From Octopus sinensis (lineage: Eukaryota), in NCBI RefSeq assembly GCF_006345805.1, contig NC_043017.1, forward strand, positions 28,272,001 through 28,336,000: a stretch of 64,000 nt of DNA, read 5' to 3'. Position 1 is the stretch's first letter. Each line of letters opens with the position of its first letter. The notes beneath the pieces are model-generated. The model saw only the letters and a program-made list of their open reading frames with translations. It made no database searches and was not told the DNA's origin. Position numbers and translations under genes: made by a program. Of this stretch, positions 51,866 through 64,000 are shown piece after piece.

Positions 51866-52720
51866 AGGCAGTGAGCTGGCAGAAACGTTAGCACGTCGGG
51901 TGAAATGCTTAGCGGTATTCCGTCTGCCGCTACGTTCTGAGTTCAAATTCCACCGAGGTCGACTTTGCCTTTCATTCTTTCGGGATCGATAAATTAAGCA
52001 CTAGTTACGCACTGGAGTCGATGTAATCGACTTAATCCGTTTGTCTGTCCTTGTTTGTACTCTGTGTTTAGCCCCTTGTGGGGAGTAAAGAAATATGTAT
52101 ACAGATGTATGTTCTATTTTTAAGTAAAGGCGGCGAGCTGGCAGAAACGTTAGCACGCCGGGCGAAATGCGTAGCCGTATTTCGTCTGCCGTTACGTTCT
52201 GAGTTCATATTCCGCCGAGGTCGACTTTGCCTTTCATCCTTTCGGGGTCGATTAAATAAATACCAGATACACACAGGGGTCGATATAATCGACTTAATCC
52301 GTTCGTCCGTCCTTGTTTGTCCTCTCTGTGTTTAGCCCCTTGTGGGTAGTAAAGAAATAGGTATTTCGTCTGCCGTTACGTTCTGATTTCAAATTCCACC
52401 GAGGTCGACTTTGCCTTTCATCCTTTCAGAGTCGATTAAATAAGTACCAGTTACGCACTGCGGTCGATATAGTCGACTTATTCCGTTTGTCTGTCTTTGT
52501 TTGTCCCCTCTGTTTAGCCCCTTGTGGGTAGTAAAGAAATAGGTATTTCGTCTGCTGTTACGTTCTAAGTTCAAACTCCGCTGAGGTCGACTTTGCCTTT
52601 CATCCTTTCAGGGTCGATTAAATAAGAAGCAGTTACGCCCTGGAGTCGATGTAATCGACTAAATCTCTTCGTTTGTCGTTGTTTGTCCTCTCTATGTTTA
52701 GCCCTCTGTGGGCAATAACG
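51866..52720 (+). mobile_element. SINE family B cluster: monomer (51866-52095) plus trimer (52127-52720)
   Basis: Repeated tatttcgtctg...gtcgactttgcctttcatcc...tttagcccc units. Confidence 0.9.
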
Positions 52721-53008
52721 AAATAAATATTTCAGCTTGCAAAACGAACAGTGAACATTTGGCTTTTATCACTGCAAAGAAGTATTAACTTGTATAGCAT
52801 TTCCAAATTTGGTACAATACTAGAGGTTGTACCAAAAAGGCCAAATAAATGAATGAGAAGGTTTTTCAAAATTTCACGGATTTTTTCTACTTATTGTAAC
52901 ATTTATATATTCAACTGTTTTAATTGCTTTTTTGTTTTTCCTTTGAACATTAATTTGAAAATAATTAAAGCTTGATTATTTATCTTCCGTTTATTTATCA
53001 ATGAATAG

Positions 53009-53280
53009 ATTCGCCGTATCGAGACAAACTATCGCTAGCAATTCTAGAATTGCAAGAAGGAGGCAAAATCCACGAACTTTATAACAAGTGGTGGAAAGCA
53101 ACGGGTACATGTAACCGCGATGAAAACAAAAAGGAATCGAAAGCGAATGCTTTAGGTGTGGAAAATGTGGGCGGCATATTTGTAGTTCTCCTTGCTGGTT
53201 TAGCGCTTGCAGTTGTTGTAGCACTGATAGAGTTCACCTGGAGTTCAAAACGAAATGCTTCAGAAGACAGAGTCAGTAAG
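53009..53280 (+). CDS. GRIK2-like: iGluR exon D: end of S2 and M4 (alternative donors after 53271 or 53280)
   Basis: aatag acceptor, phase 1 (A+AT=Asn); SPYRDKLSLAILELQEGGKIHELYNKWWK...ALGVENVGGIFVVLLAGLALAVVVALIEFTWSSKRNASEDR(VSK); donors gtcagt at 53272 and gtaagt at 53281, both phase 0. Confidence 0.95.
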
Positions 53281-53517
53281 GTAAGTAACTGAAGTTTCTT
53301 TCATTTTATAATTAAGACATTATATTGGCAAAATCGGTAGAGAAAGGGGCAAAGGATTTTGCGGTATTTAGATATGGACCATTACGTTCTGAGTTTAAAT
53401 ATCACCAAGGGTAGCTTCAATTTTCATACGACTGGATTAACCAGCTATACATTACCCTATAATCTACAGTATTAAGTCTGTCTTGGAAATCAATATTAAT
53501 TCACTAATTACGGCATT

Positions 53518-53779
53518 TGATTAAGTTGAGTTAATTTTTTTGGCTCAAAAAGCAAAAAGCAAGGCCATGTAGGGGGACATGGAGTTATGTACAGGGGTGT
53601 TCATGCAAAGAGTTCAGGCTATTTCTGGTCAAGAGAGACTTTGAACCGAGCGGTCGTCGGCATCTTCACTATCTCGTCCGGCAGCTTATTCCACGGATCT
53701 GCAACCCGGACGGAGAAAGCCCCTCTCCTTCGAATGAGATGAAATCGTAGCAGATAGAGCTTTTCGGAGTGACCCCGCA
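53518..53779 (-). mobile_element. CR1-clade LINE 3' fragment
   Basis: Minus strand 53767-53619 translates RGHSEKLYLLRFHLIRRRGAFSVRVADPWNKLPDEIVKMPTTARFKVSLDQK*, the typical CR1 ORF2 C-terminus (RGH..K, WNxLP, FKxxLD), followed by a short 3' UTR. Confidence 0.85.
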
Positions 53780-54810
53780 GCCTACGCAGTAGAATTCGGA
53801 TTTAAATATTACTATATGCGTTATGAATTCTATTCCAAGACCAACCAAAATATTCTTCTTGACATGATTACTAAAACGAAGAACTAGTAATTTTCTGGGC
53901 CTGATTTTTATCAGTTATACTTCTCTAAGTGCAAGGAGTATTTTAGAAATAATAATTGATTAATTAATTATGATGGTGGACTGGCAAAATCATTATATCA
54001 GTGGATGAAATTCCCAGAAGTATTTAGTTACAGTTATAAATGTTCTCAGTATGCATCATTTCGTGATCAAAAAATAATATAGATTATAAAATATCTGGTG
54101 ATTGAATAAAAAGCGAAATTGCATATTAACGTCCTTGGTGGGTTTTGAACTCAGAACATTGATATCTATAACTAAATACTACATAATATTAAACATCCAC
54201 TGTTACCGTACTCGTCCCATTGGCACCACAATTACATTTATGTAGTTGAGCAGAAATAATGTGCCGGTGAACAGTTGTACGTGTTAAACTATTTTTGTAT
54301 TTAGTACTGTCTGGTGCAAATAAAATATTCTAATTTCTGGAAAATGGAAGAAGGCACCCAATTGCTTCTTATGCATATTGATCTGCATTATAGTCCCCAA
54401 ACGAGAGCGGATGTTTTAGGGGCCAGTGTGTCATATTTACGATCGCGTGATCATGGATTCATTTCCTGGACCGGGTACTGCGATGTGTTTTTTTTTAACA
54501 CAACATATCATGCCACGCTGCTCTTTAATCACTTCGATGCCTGACGTTTGATACACTCTGCACCTGATCAGGCAAAGTCGATTTGATACAGGACTGACAC
54601 GCAAGCGGCAATTTAGCGAATGATATAATTGTTATAAACTAATTCCAGTCAACCACTGAACCGGTGTTATGGACTGACACCTCACCAAAATCTGTGTTAT
54701 GGTGATTTTAGCAACATTTTTTTTGTTTATTGTTTTTTTATATTTCTTTTGAGTAGGTAACAATATAAGTCACAAATCCACATGTAACACCGTTTATCAG
54801 TTAATCTTAA

Positions 54811-55253
54811 TATTGCCTTCAAATTTTGGCACAAGGTCAGTAACTCCTGGTGAGTAGACAGGTCGATTCCATCGATCCCCAGTGTTCAGCTGGGACTTAT
54901 TTTATCGACCCCCGAAAGGGGGAAAAGCGAAGTCGACCTCGGTTGACTTTGAACTCAGAACGTAAAGACGGCCGAAATATTGCTCAGCATTTTTCCCTGC
55001 ACGGTAACTACTCTGCTAGCTTGCCACTTACTTAAATGCAATGAGGTAGCAGCATCATTAGCATTCAGTTGGGAGATTCTCAGTGGTATTTCGTACGTTT
55101 TCACGTTCCGAGTTCAAATTCCAGTGAGGTCCACTTTGCCTTTCATCTTTTTGGGGTCGATAAAATAAGAACAAGTTAAGCACTGAGGGCAATCTAATCG
55201 ATTTACCCCTCCTTTCGAAATTGCTGGCTTGTACCTGACTCTGAAACAATATT
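54811..55253. mobile_element. Head-to-head pair of diverged family B variant SINEs (- 54811-55030, + 55041-55253)
   Basis: Both carry gagttcaaa, gtcgataaaataag and the tail with ttgctggc/ttggcacaagg in opposite orientations. Confidence 0.75.
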
Positions 55254-56924
55254 AGACGTATAGAGTTCAAATCCTTTTAAGGCAGTCTATAAGTTTCATC
55301 ACTATTATTTTAACACTTGAGCCCACTCAAAATGTATGACTATAGATTTGGATGAGCAGTGTGTACAAACCCGTTTGACTGATCCTGTACTTGAATTGTA
55401 GATTTAATTCTGCTGGTTCGTCAACACTAGCAGGTATATTGTTGCCTTTAACAGAGACCACCCTGTTTTAACAAACTGGAACAAATTGTCAGAGGGAGAA
55501 TAGTTTAATAGATGTTGAGCTTTACCTTAATACACCAGCTAATTTCCGAAATCCTATAAAATACTTATCTTCCTTAAAACATTATAAACCAAATATCATA
55601 AGTAGATAATACAAATATTTTGAAAACTAAAAAGCTAAAAACTGCATTAAGAATGATTAAAATGATTTACAAAAATTACAGCAAAAATACATGATAGTAA
55701 TTTACTAAAATTATAATATAAATGGTTTTAATTATAATTTATTCTATTTCCCTATTTTCCTTTCCCTAAAAGTTAGTAACTGTATGATAAAAACTCAAAG
55801 AAATCGATGTTGAGTTAGAAATGTGACTTGTAACACGTTAATAGAAAGATGCATGGCAATATAAATCTTAAAGGAACTGCTTCCTACTAGCGGTCCGGTG
55901 GATCGAGATATATAAATTGTGGGTTTTCTTGATAGACCCATGTATGTCAACCCTGAATGAGCGTAGGTATTTCTAATCGAGTGAGTGACACACATTGACA
56001 CAAGTCCGTTGATGTTATATATTCGTAATCTGTGGCATGTTTATTCAAATTGTCATTTTAGTATTTTTGTGAATTTTGTTGAAGTCAAATGACGATTGCC
56101 AGCGCCCGTCCACGTTTTATGATTTTGTTTCCGCAGGTAATAGTAGTGGAGAAAAGAGAGATATATGAATATAGGAAATTTATGCCGCAAATCGTTAGGA
56201 GATAGTTTGATTACTGATTTCAAACGACCGAAATAATTAGGTCTGTCAATCAAGTGTAGGGTAGACGTCATTCGACGAGCTTCCGTACAATTTCTGTTAA
56301 ATCATTACAACTTAAATATATTGTCTTCCTAGCTGGTACAAGTCACATGTTCATTGTAGTGCACACGGGTATCGAACTGACAATCGCTGTATTAACAAGC
56401 GAGTTTCTTAACAACAAAGATATGCCTGTAATGCTTTACTAAGGCGTATCCCTCAGCCATTAGAGGAAGCCATCTCAGTTTTACACGAAGCAACGCTGTT
56501 ATACCAGTTGCTGAGAGAGTAGGAAAGGAAAAGGAAGAATATCGGAGTGAAATTTTCTCAATTTACTCCCTGCCTCTATATTCGGATTTCTAAATATTTA
56601 TTAGAAAATTCTGAAATTCATCTCTTCTTCTCGGACCAAAGTCAGAAAGTAATGATCGTGTAGATGCCAAACCTACTCAATATTATAATATACGCTTTTA
56701 TCAATGTATAAATGTAGAAAAATATTTTTGTTTAGGCTTCTGGTTAGTAAGATTCACTAAATCAGAAAAATAGAAACCTAACAATTAAAGATAATTAGGA
56801 GATAAAATGGAGATTTAAAACTGTTCTAAAAATAAATATCCTTAAAATTCAAAACTAATTAGCGTAATCATTATGAGATAATGATATTATTTCCAATCAT
56901 CATGCTACTGATAGAGCATGCATG

Positions 56925-56977
<53 letters not shown>

Positions 56978-57097
56978 ATAGAAACAGTAATATAACAAAA
57001 GAAAGAAAGAGACCTCAATATTATGTAAATGGAGGAAATTTATCTGTAAAATAATACTTTGATAGGTTTCGGCCATGTCTAACTTAATAGCACCACC

Positions 57098-57215
57098 TAA
57101 TATGTGACAATTATTCGGTAGCCAAGATAAAACGAAGAGTTGGTGGTGTGGATTTCCATCTTGGCATCCGAAACTCAGAGTTTTATCTTGGCTACCGAAT
57201 AATTATCACATATTA
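57098..57215. repeat. Inverted repeat, 36-bp arms, 46-nt spacer
   Basis: 57098-57133 vs 57180-57215, 1 mismatch. Confidence 0.9.
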
Positions 57216-58402
57216 ATTTATATATATATATATATATTTGTATATATATATATATATGCTGGCCTTGTGCCTATATACATATATATGTTTGCTGCTAAGG
57301 GCACATACTGCAACAGTCAATACAAAACAATCGGTCCAGAAGACATTGAGTTTATATAATGCAATATTTAATTTGATAAAATTTACTCTTCAAAAATAAT
57401 GAATAGCCTGTTTCACGACATTTGTCCCCCTCCAGCACACTCCATTAAATTTGACACGGTTTTAGCGTTATTTCACATCTTTTAAGAAATGATGTAGCAA
57501 ATAAAAGTTATAAGAATTTATATTCTATTCTCATTAAAGTGTTTCTATGTTAACATCGAATTATCCTCTAACATTATATATGTATACTTTATCGTTTGTT
57601 TGATTATTTTTGGTTTATTTTTGGTTTTAAGTTTTATCCTTATGATTTTGGTTGACTCAGTTATACATATAGCGCACCTCTTAATGTGTTTATATATATA
57701 CTGCAATGATGAGGTGTTGACAAAATAAGATAGTCGTTTTGTAAGAGACAATTTTTATTGTTATATTTAAAAATACATTAATATTTCCCAACATACAGAC
57801 ACTCAGATGCGCACACACACATACTCACACGTCACACATTACATATGTTCATGTGTATATATATATATATATATGTGTGTGTATATGTATATATGTATAC
57901 ATACGTATGTATATTTATGTATTGTATATATGTATAAATATGTATGTATATATATAAGTATATATATAGAGAGATGTATGTATACACGTATATATGTATA
58001 TACATATATACATTATAAATATATATATAATTATACACACAGTTTTATGGAAATTTATATACCAATATATTTAATGTATATTTTATATACTCAATACATT
58101 AGAGTACATATTTATTAATTTCTACAAAGAAAATTCTGGCAGCAGTGTAGTCGTTAATGCGAAATTCCAAAGCCACAGACAACACTTTCCTTTGTAAAGA
58201 TGAGTACATATATACAAATATATATATGTATGTATCTACATGCATATACAGATATATCTTCATACATACATACAAATAATATACATATGCATATACATGT
58301 CATATATATATATATATATATAATATATATATATATTATATATATATATATATATTATATATATATATATATATATGGAAAACGGACGCTAAACGATGAT
58401 GA

Positions 58403-58441
<39 letters not shown>

Positions 58442-58729
58442 GATAATCCCATAATATGAGCATTATATGTTGATAATGTCATAATAATTCCTTTAGAGAC
58501 TTCGTGAGTTATGAAATACGTCGTTTTGTAATAGTAGAACTCGACGTTGATACGTTATATACTAATGCGTGTAAATATTGGATTAAAAGATAAAAAGACT
58601 TGAATGAAATGCTGGGAGCCTTCAAATTCTGTCCAAGATTATTTTTAACCCAATATTTTTACGCTCAACGTAGACAGATTTATCCACACCGAGTTCCACT
58701 GTTAAAACATGTGTGCATATATATATATA

Positions 58730-59039
58730 TATATAAGAAATTAGAAAAGAAAAATACGCACTCTTTATATAGTTTTAATATAATTTTTAATATATTGACC
58801 GGTTTCGCTATCGCTGTTCATGATATTATGTTTTACTTATTTGAATATGTATTTGTGAAGTTATTCACTCGTAAATATCATCATACACAACATGAACAAA
58901 ATTTCTTCTTAAGAAAATACATATTCAAATAAGTAAAACATAATATCATGAATAACGATAGCGAAACCGGTCGATGTATTAAAAATTATATTAAAATTAT
59001 GTAAAGTGTGCGTCTTTTCCTTTTCTAATTTCTTATATA
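58730..59039. repeat. Inverted repeat, 125-bp arms, 60-nt loop
   Basis: 58730-58854 vs 58915-59039, 9 mismatches. Confidence 0.9.
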
Positions 59040-59089
59040 CATTACAACTCACCACGTGGGGGCTATCCAAATTCCTTTCTGTTACTACT

Positions 59090-59470
59090 ATATATATATG
59101 CATACCTGCATGTATTATACACATACACGCTTACAGATATAACTATTATATAAATATATATATATATATGCATACCTGCATGTATTATACACATACACGC
59201 TTACAGATATATAGATGTACATATATAACTATTATATATATATACATATATGCATATTTGCACGTATTATACACATACACGCTTACAGATATATAGATGT
59301 ACATATATAACTATTATATAAATATATATGCATACCTGCATGTATTATACACATACACGCTTACAGATATATAGATGTAAATATATAACTATTATATAAA
59401 TATATATGCATACCTGCATGTATTATACACATACACGCTTACAGATATATAGATGTACATATATAACTAT
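59090..59470. repeat. Minisatellite of roughly 70-80-bp units (gcatacctgcatgtattatacacatacacgcttacag...)
   Basis: About five units seen directly. Confidence 0.9.
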
Positions 59471-59503
<33 letters not shown>

Positions 59504-59649
59504 ATATATATATACATACATACATGTATATGAATGTATGCTTGCATTTTAAACGCACACTAACAGACACACAGACCAAACATACTGCATCGTTCTTTCT
59601 TTGTTTCTATTTTTTTGTTTGTTTGTTTTTTTCCGTTTCTCTTTTGCAG

Positions 59650-59949
59650 CAGTCTGTATGTTCTGAAATGGCAGATGAGCTTAGGTTTGCCGTTCGCTGT
59701 CATGGTTCACAAAAACCACGATTTAAAAGACACTGCTCAAAGTGCAAATCCACGAGAGCGCATAACCCAACGGCTCACTCGGAGACACATGTCGAGTCTC
59801 CGAATGGCATCATTCAACTTCGGGAGGTTCGTAAATCTCCGAGAGCGACCGGAACACCGAGAGATTTTGAATACGACTACAAACCGGATTACAAACAAGA
59901 ATTCAGTGGAGATTATTTACATGTAGATTACAGTGATCCAGAATCATAA
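59650..59949 (+). CDS. GRIK2-like: iGluR terminal coding exon E: cytoplasmic C-tail and stop
   Basis: Long pyrimidine tract and ttgcag acceptor; QSVCSEMADELRFAVRCHG resembles the GluK2 segment RSFCSAMVEELRMSLKC; 99 codons then TAA at 59947-59949. Confidence 0.9.
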   Translation, partial: QSVCSEMADELRFAVRCHGSQKPRFKRHCSKCKSTRAHNPTAHSETHVESPNGIIQLREVRKSPRATGTPRDFEYDYKPDYKQEFSGDYLHVDYSDPES

Positions 59950-60131
59950 TGAAAGATCAAATATTGGAAAAATAAATTACAAAAAAAAAAAATTTCAATA
60001 AAAAACAATATAAAACAAAAATAATAATTATTATTATAAATAATGAAATTTCAAAAAGACAGACAGAAAGACAAAACTTAAATAAATTTCTTACTAGATC
60101 ATACAAGTGAATATGTATGAAACACACACAT

Positions 60132-60179
<48 letters not shown>

Positions 60180-60270
60180 ATATATATATATAAATAAAAT
60201 ATATATTTATATATATAAATATATATAGTTAGTCCTTTTAACACAAGGATTTAAACTGAGAACAAGAAAC

Positions 60271-60321
<51 letters not shown>

Positions 60322-63300
60322 TATATATATATATTATATATATACACACTCATTGAAACGATTACTTTGATTGGAAGTAAAAAAAAAATTGTTCAGTCTT
60401 CATTCGTTTCAGTAAATGAAACAGCTGAATGAAATGAATCGTAAACAATACGAAAATCAAGAAAGCGAAGGAAAAAATTCAAATCCATAAACGCATACAG
60501 CTAAGACAGTTGAGAGAGCTGTAGATTGATGGCAAGTAAAGGCTCTTTGATGAGTTGAGGGTGGGGAAACACGTTTTTGTTTCTGTTTTTTGTTTATTTT
60601 TTCATTATTTAAAACTATTATAATTTCTTATTGTTAATAGAGAATGAAGAACGAGAGAATGTGCTTTTTTCTGTTATTTTCTTCTTTATTTCTGCTTTTG
60701 TTGTATTTTTCTGTTTATTATTATATATATATGTGTGTGTTAATCCATGATTTAGAGAAACAAGCAAGGAATAGGAATATATATATATATATATATAATC
60801 GTGTGTATATATAAAATATTAAGGATTACATTCCAATTAAAATCAATAAAAATATAAATTATAACAAAATATGTTAAAATAAAGATAATGAGTAATAAAG
60901 GTTTTTAATACAATAACTTATGGAAGCAGATATAATAAGCATCAGACGAGTACAAATGTTTATCAAAATGTGTATCTGCGTGCGTGTTTAAGAATGTCTA
61001 GTATATATATATATGACAAAATCCAACAGAAGTGAAAACTTCGACAAATACGATTATGTATGATAGTTAACTATAACATAATGTAATTAACTAATTGTAA
61101 TATAACCAGATAATCATTAACTACGTAATAACATTATCAAAAATAAAATATGTTTGCGATTAACGATATTTATTAGAGAAAAAATGAATGAAAAATGTTT
61201 TAATGTAAGTTTCAAAAAATAAAATGATATAGGGTTATTCAAATCTATTATAAAAATCTTGTACAAATAATTTTTCCGCAGTTTTTATTCAAAAAGTGAA
61301 TCTAATGATACTGTAAAATGTTTCCATCAAAATCTCTTAATTGGTTAAAATTGGAATGAATCCTAAGGCATTAAATCTATAATGGATCTTGATGCTAAAA
61401 TGCAGAACAACTAAATTTTAACAAATGGAATACGAACACTAAACTGTGACGAACACATGGAAATGTTATTAATATGATAACCACAAGAAAAGGTGAGAGT
61501 TTACACCCGTCCCCAAATCATCAGTGACCGTGTCAACGTAAAGACTTTGAAATAATAATAATAATAATAATAGTTCACAAGCTTCTTGAAGCATCATCAG
61601 TAAACAATAATAAGAATTAATAGCAGGGTTCTTGAGGCATTATCTCTAAAGAAGTGTCACTTTAATCTGCTGTCTATGGATAATTGATACTTCTCGTCAT
61701 ACCCAGCATAAGCTGTGAGTTGTCATCAAATAATAATAATATATAAAAGGGAAGAATGATTGGCGGACTGAATAATGTAACAATCAAAATATCTTGCAAT
61801 ATTCCGTTACTGTCAGCTACGCTCTGAGATCAAATCGCAGTTTGAGCTTCAGCATTCTTCAAGAACAATAACGGAGGGTGAGTTAATTGACCGGTTATGT
61901 GTGGTCTGGAGCCCATGGCTAGGAAATTTTAAAGCAGCCCCTGTTCCGAAGATGCTTTTAGCGGAGTGTAAATAGCAAGCACCCAGCTTATGTCTCCGAG
62001 ATGCACATTATCCTTCCCACCGGCCTCCTGGTTACTTAAAGTGCAATGAACGCAGCACTTCATCTACTAATCAGAGATGGGTATTGACCGAATTATTAGT
62101 ATAAGACGTATAAGAAAACCATGGGTTTGCAGTCAGTAGTGAGGCTAAGAAAACTGACTTGAAGTGTTTAATAACGTTACTTTACGTTCTTTGTTCAAGT
62201 CCCATCAATTTTTATTTTACCTAATATCCTTCAGAGTTTGGGAAAATAAAAAAAAACTAGTTAAATTTTAGACTTCATTCAATCCTTTTGTCCAATTTTT
62301 CTGATATTGTGGCTCCAAAATAATCGTTAAAGCGAGAGATTTAATGCCGTAAGTCATTTAGTAACACGTTTTACATTTTGTGTTCAAATCTTATCTGATG
62401 TAACTTTGATTTTCATCCTTGTCGGGATCGATAAAATAAATGTTTCTATTTATTTAATTAATTTCACTGTTGTTAGGAATAAGTATCACAAACACACACA
62501 ATACGTGTATACGTAAAAAAAATAGAATAATAACAATAATAATAATAATGATGGTTCTAAATTTTGGCACAAGGCCACCAATTTTTGTGGGAGGGAGTAA
62601 TTCAAATATATCGACCCCAGTACTTGAGTGGTACTTTATTTTATCGACCCTTAAAGGATGAAAGACAAAGTCAACGTCGGCGGAATTTGAACCCAGAGCT
62701 TAAAGAATCGGAAATAACAATAATATGAAAAACAATAAAGTAGAATCGAATTATCTAAAGGTGGCTGCTGGTAATTTAATAAATTTAGATGGAAAGCTGC
62801 AAAAACCGTGAGTATCTAATCTTTTTTTTTTGGTCTTTATTAAAAAGAATTTGTCTATATTAAATATAAGTATCCGTTAAATTGATTAACTTTAAACTAT
62901 TATTGATTTGTAGTTAAATATTTAAATGTTGATGGTTTATAACAGCATATGACGTCGATGTATTTTTCTGAGAACATGAAAAAATGTAATTTGCATATAT
63001 ACATTAAATATATAATCTCAATATTCAAGAGCATTAAAAAACACACACAAACAAATACATATGCACTATTAGATATTTAACCTACCACCGAATTCCACTT
63101 GAAGATCTTGAATTGTCTATAACCTTCTTCTATTTAGATATTTAATAGGGCAAATTAAAACTTAATATGGTAAATTAAAGGAAAGTTTTTCTCAAACATT
63201 ATTATGAATTAACCCATTTGAGGGACTATGATACAGCTTGATAACATTACTATGGAGAAAATCACATACAAGCATAATAGCAATCTAAGGTGTCACTCTG

Positions 63301-64000
63301 GAAGAAATGTTAGCTTGCCGAGCAAAATGCTGAGCTGTAATTTCGTCCGCCTTTGCGTTCTGAGTTCAAATTCCGCAAAGGTTGACTTCGCCTTTCGTAC
63401 GTTTGCGGTCTGTAAATTAAGCACCAGTTTAGCACAGAAATCGACGTAATAAACTTAGCTCCCTCACCCCCGGAAACTGCTTGCATTGTGCCAAAATTTG
63501 AAATCAATATTATAGCAATTTGGGGGTTCTGAGTGGATCTTTTGATATAATGTATTCCAGTATTTAGTTAGAAAAGTTTCTGCTCTGAGTTCACATGATA
63601 CAATAGTCGACTTTGCCTTTTCATTTTTCGGAAATGATGAAATTCAAGGTAAAGACAAATGCCAATTAAATCGACTCTTTATCTCAGATATGACTCCTTA
63701 TGTACACGAGAGAGATCAATATTGGTGAAAGGCTGTTGAATTAATGTACTCAATAGCTGGGGATCAATGGGGTAACACAGTTGTGATTATAATAGAAAAT
63801 ATTTCACTGCAGGAATACGGCGTTCAGTGGGCGCCATTCCTACTCTTGAAGAGTCTCACTGGACGGGATGCAAGCTCGTTGCAACGTTAAATATTAATTG
63901 CTGTTCTTGGTGCTAATTTTGATGGCCTAAATGGAATATCGTGAAATAAGGACACCTTACTATTAAAAACAAACCACTAGCCTATTCGGAAATAGAACTT

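Noticed and set aside
55795-56271. HSGLTYMGLSR resembling Pif1/Helitron helicase motif VI
   Set aside because: Single short motif; the preceding motif V (TIHKSQG) was not found in any frame.
59950-61300. Polyadenylation signal for the receptor gene
   Set aside because: Many AATAAA hexamers occur by chance in this AT-rich 3' region; none can be singled out without 3'-end reads.

Overview
Very AT-rich, microsatellite-laden animal genomic DNA, most likely an octopus (inferred from the tRNA-derived SINE families and long TA tracts). The + strand carries the 3' part of a kainate-type ionotropic glutamate receptor gene (GRIK2-like) in five recognisable coding exons: 31349-31544 (start of S1), 47915-48475 (rest of S1, M1-M3, start of S2), 50630-50855 (S2), 53009-53271/53280 (end of S2, M4) and 59650-59949 (C-tail, stop). 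I found no amino-terminal-domain exons in the first 31 kb. The first visible exon has a frameshift/TGA near its 3' end and a phase clash with the next exon. The rest is repeats: four tRNA-headed SINE families (several with target-site duplications, some as tandem multimers), remnants of mariner, CR1 and an R4/Dong-like retrotransposon, minisatellites and many long foldback palindromes. The most notable non-coding signals are a type I hammerhead ribozyme motif with every catalytic core nucleotide intact on the gene's sense strand (8104-8210), five further hammerhead-like motifs (three sharing a CUGUNGA-type variant core), and a cluster of dsRNA-forming elements in the intron just downstream of the Q/R-site exon. 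Catalytic activity, editing and circRNA formation are all hypotheses that need experiments.
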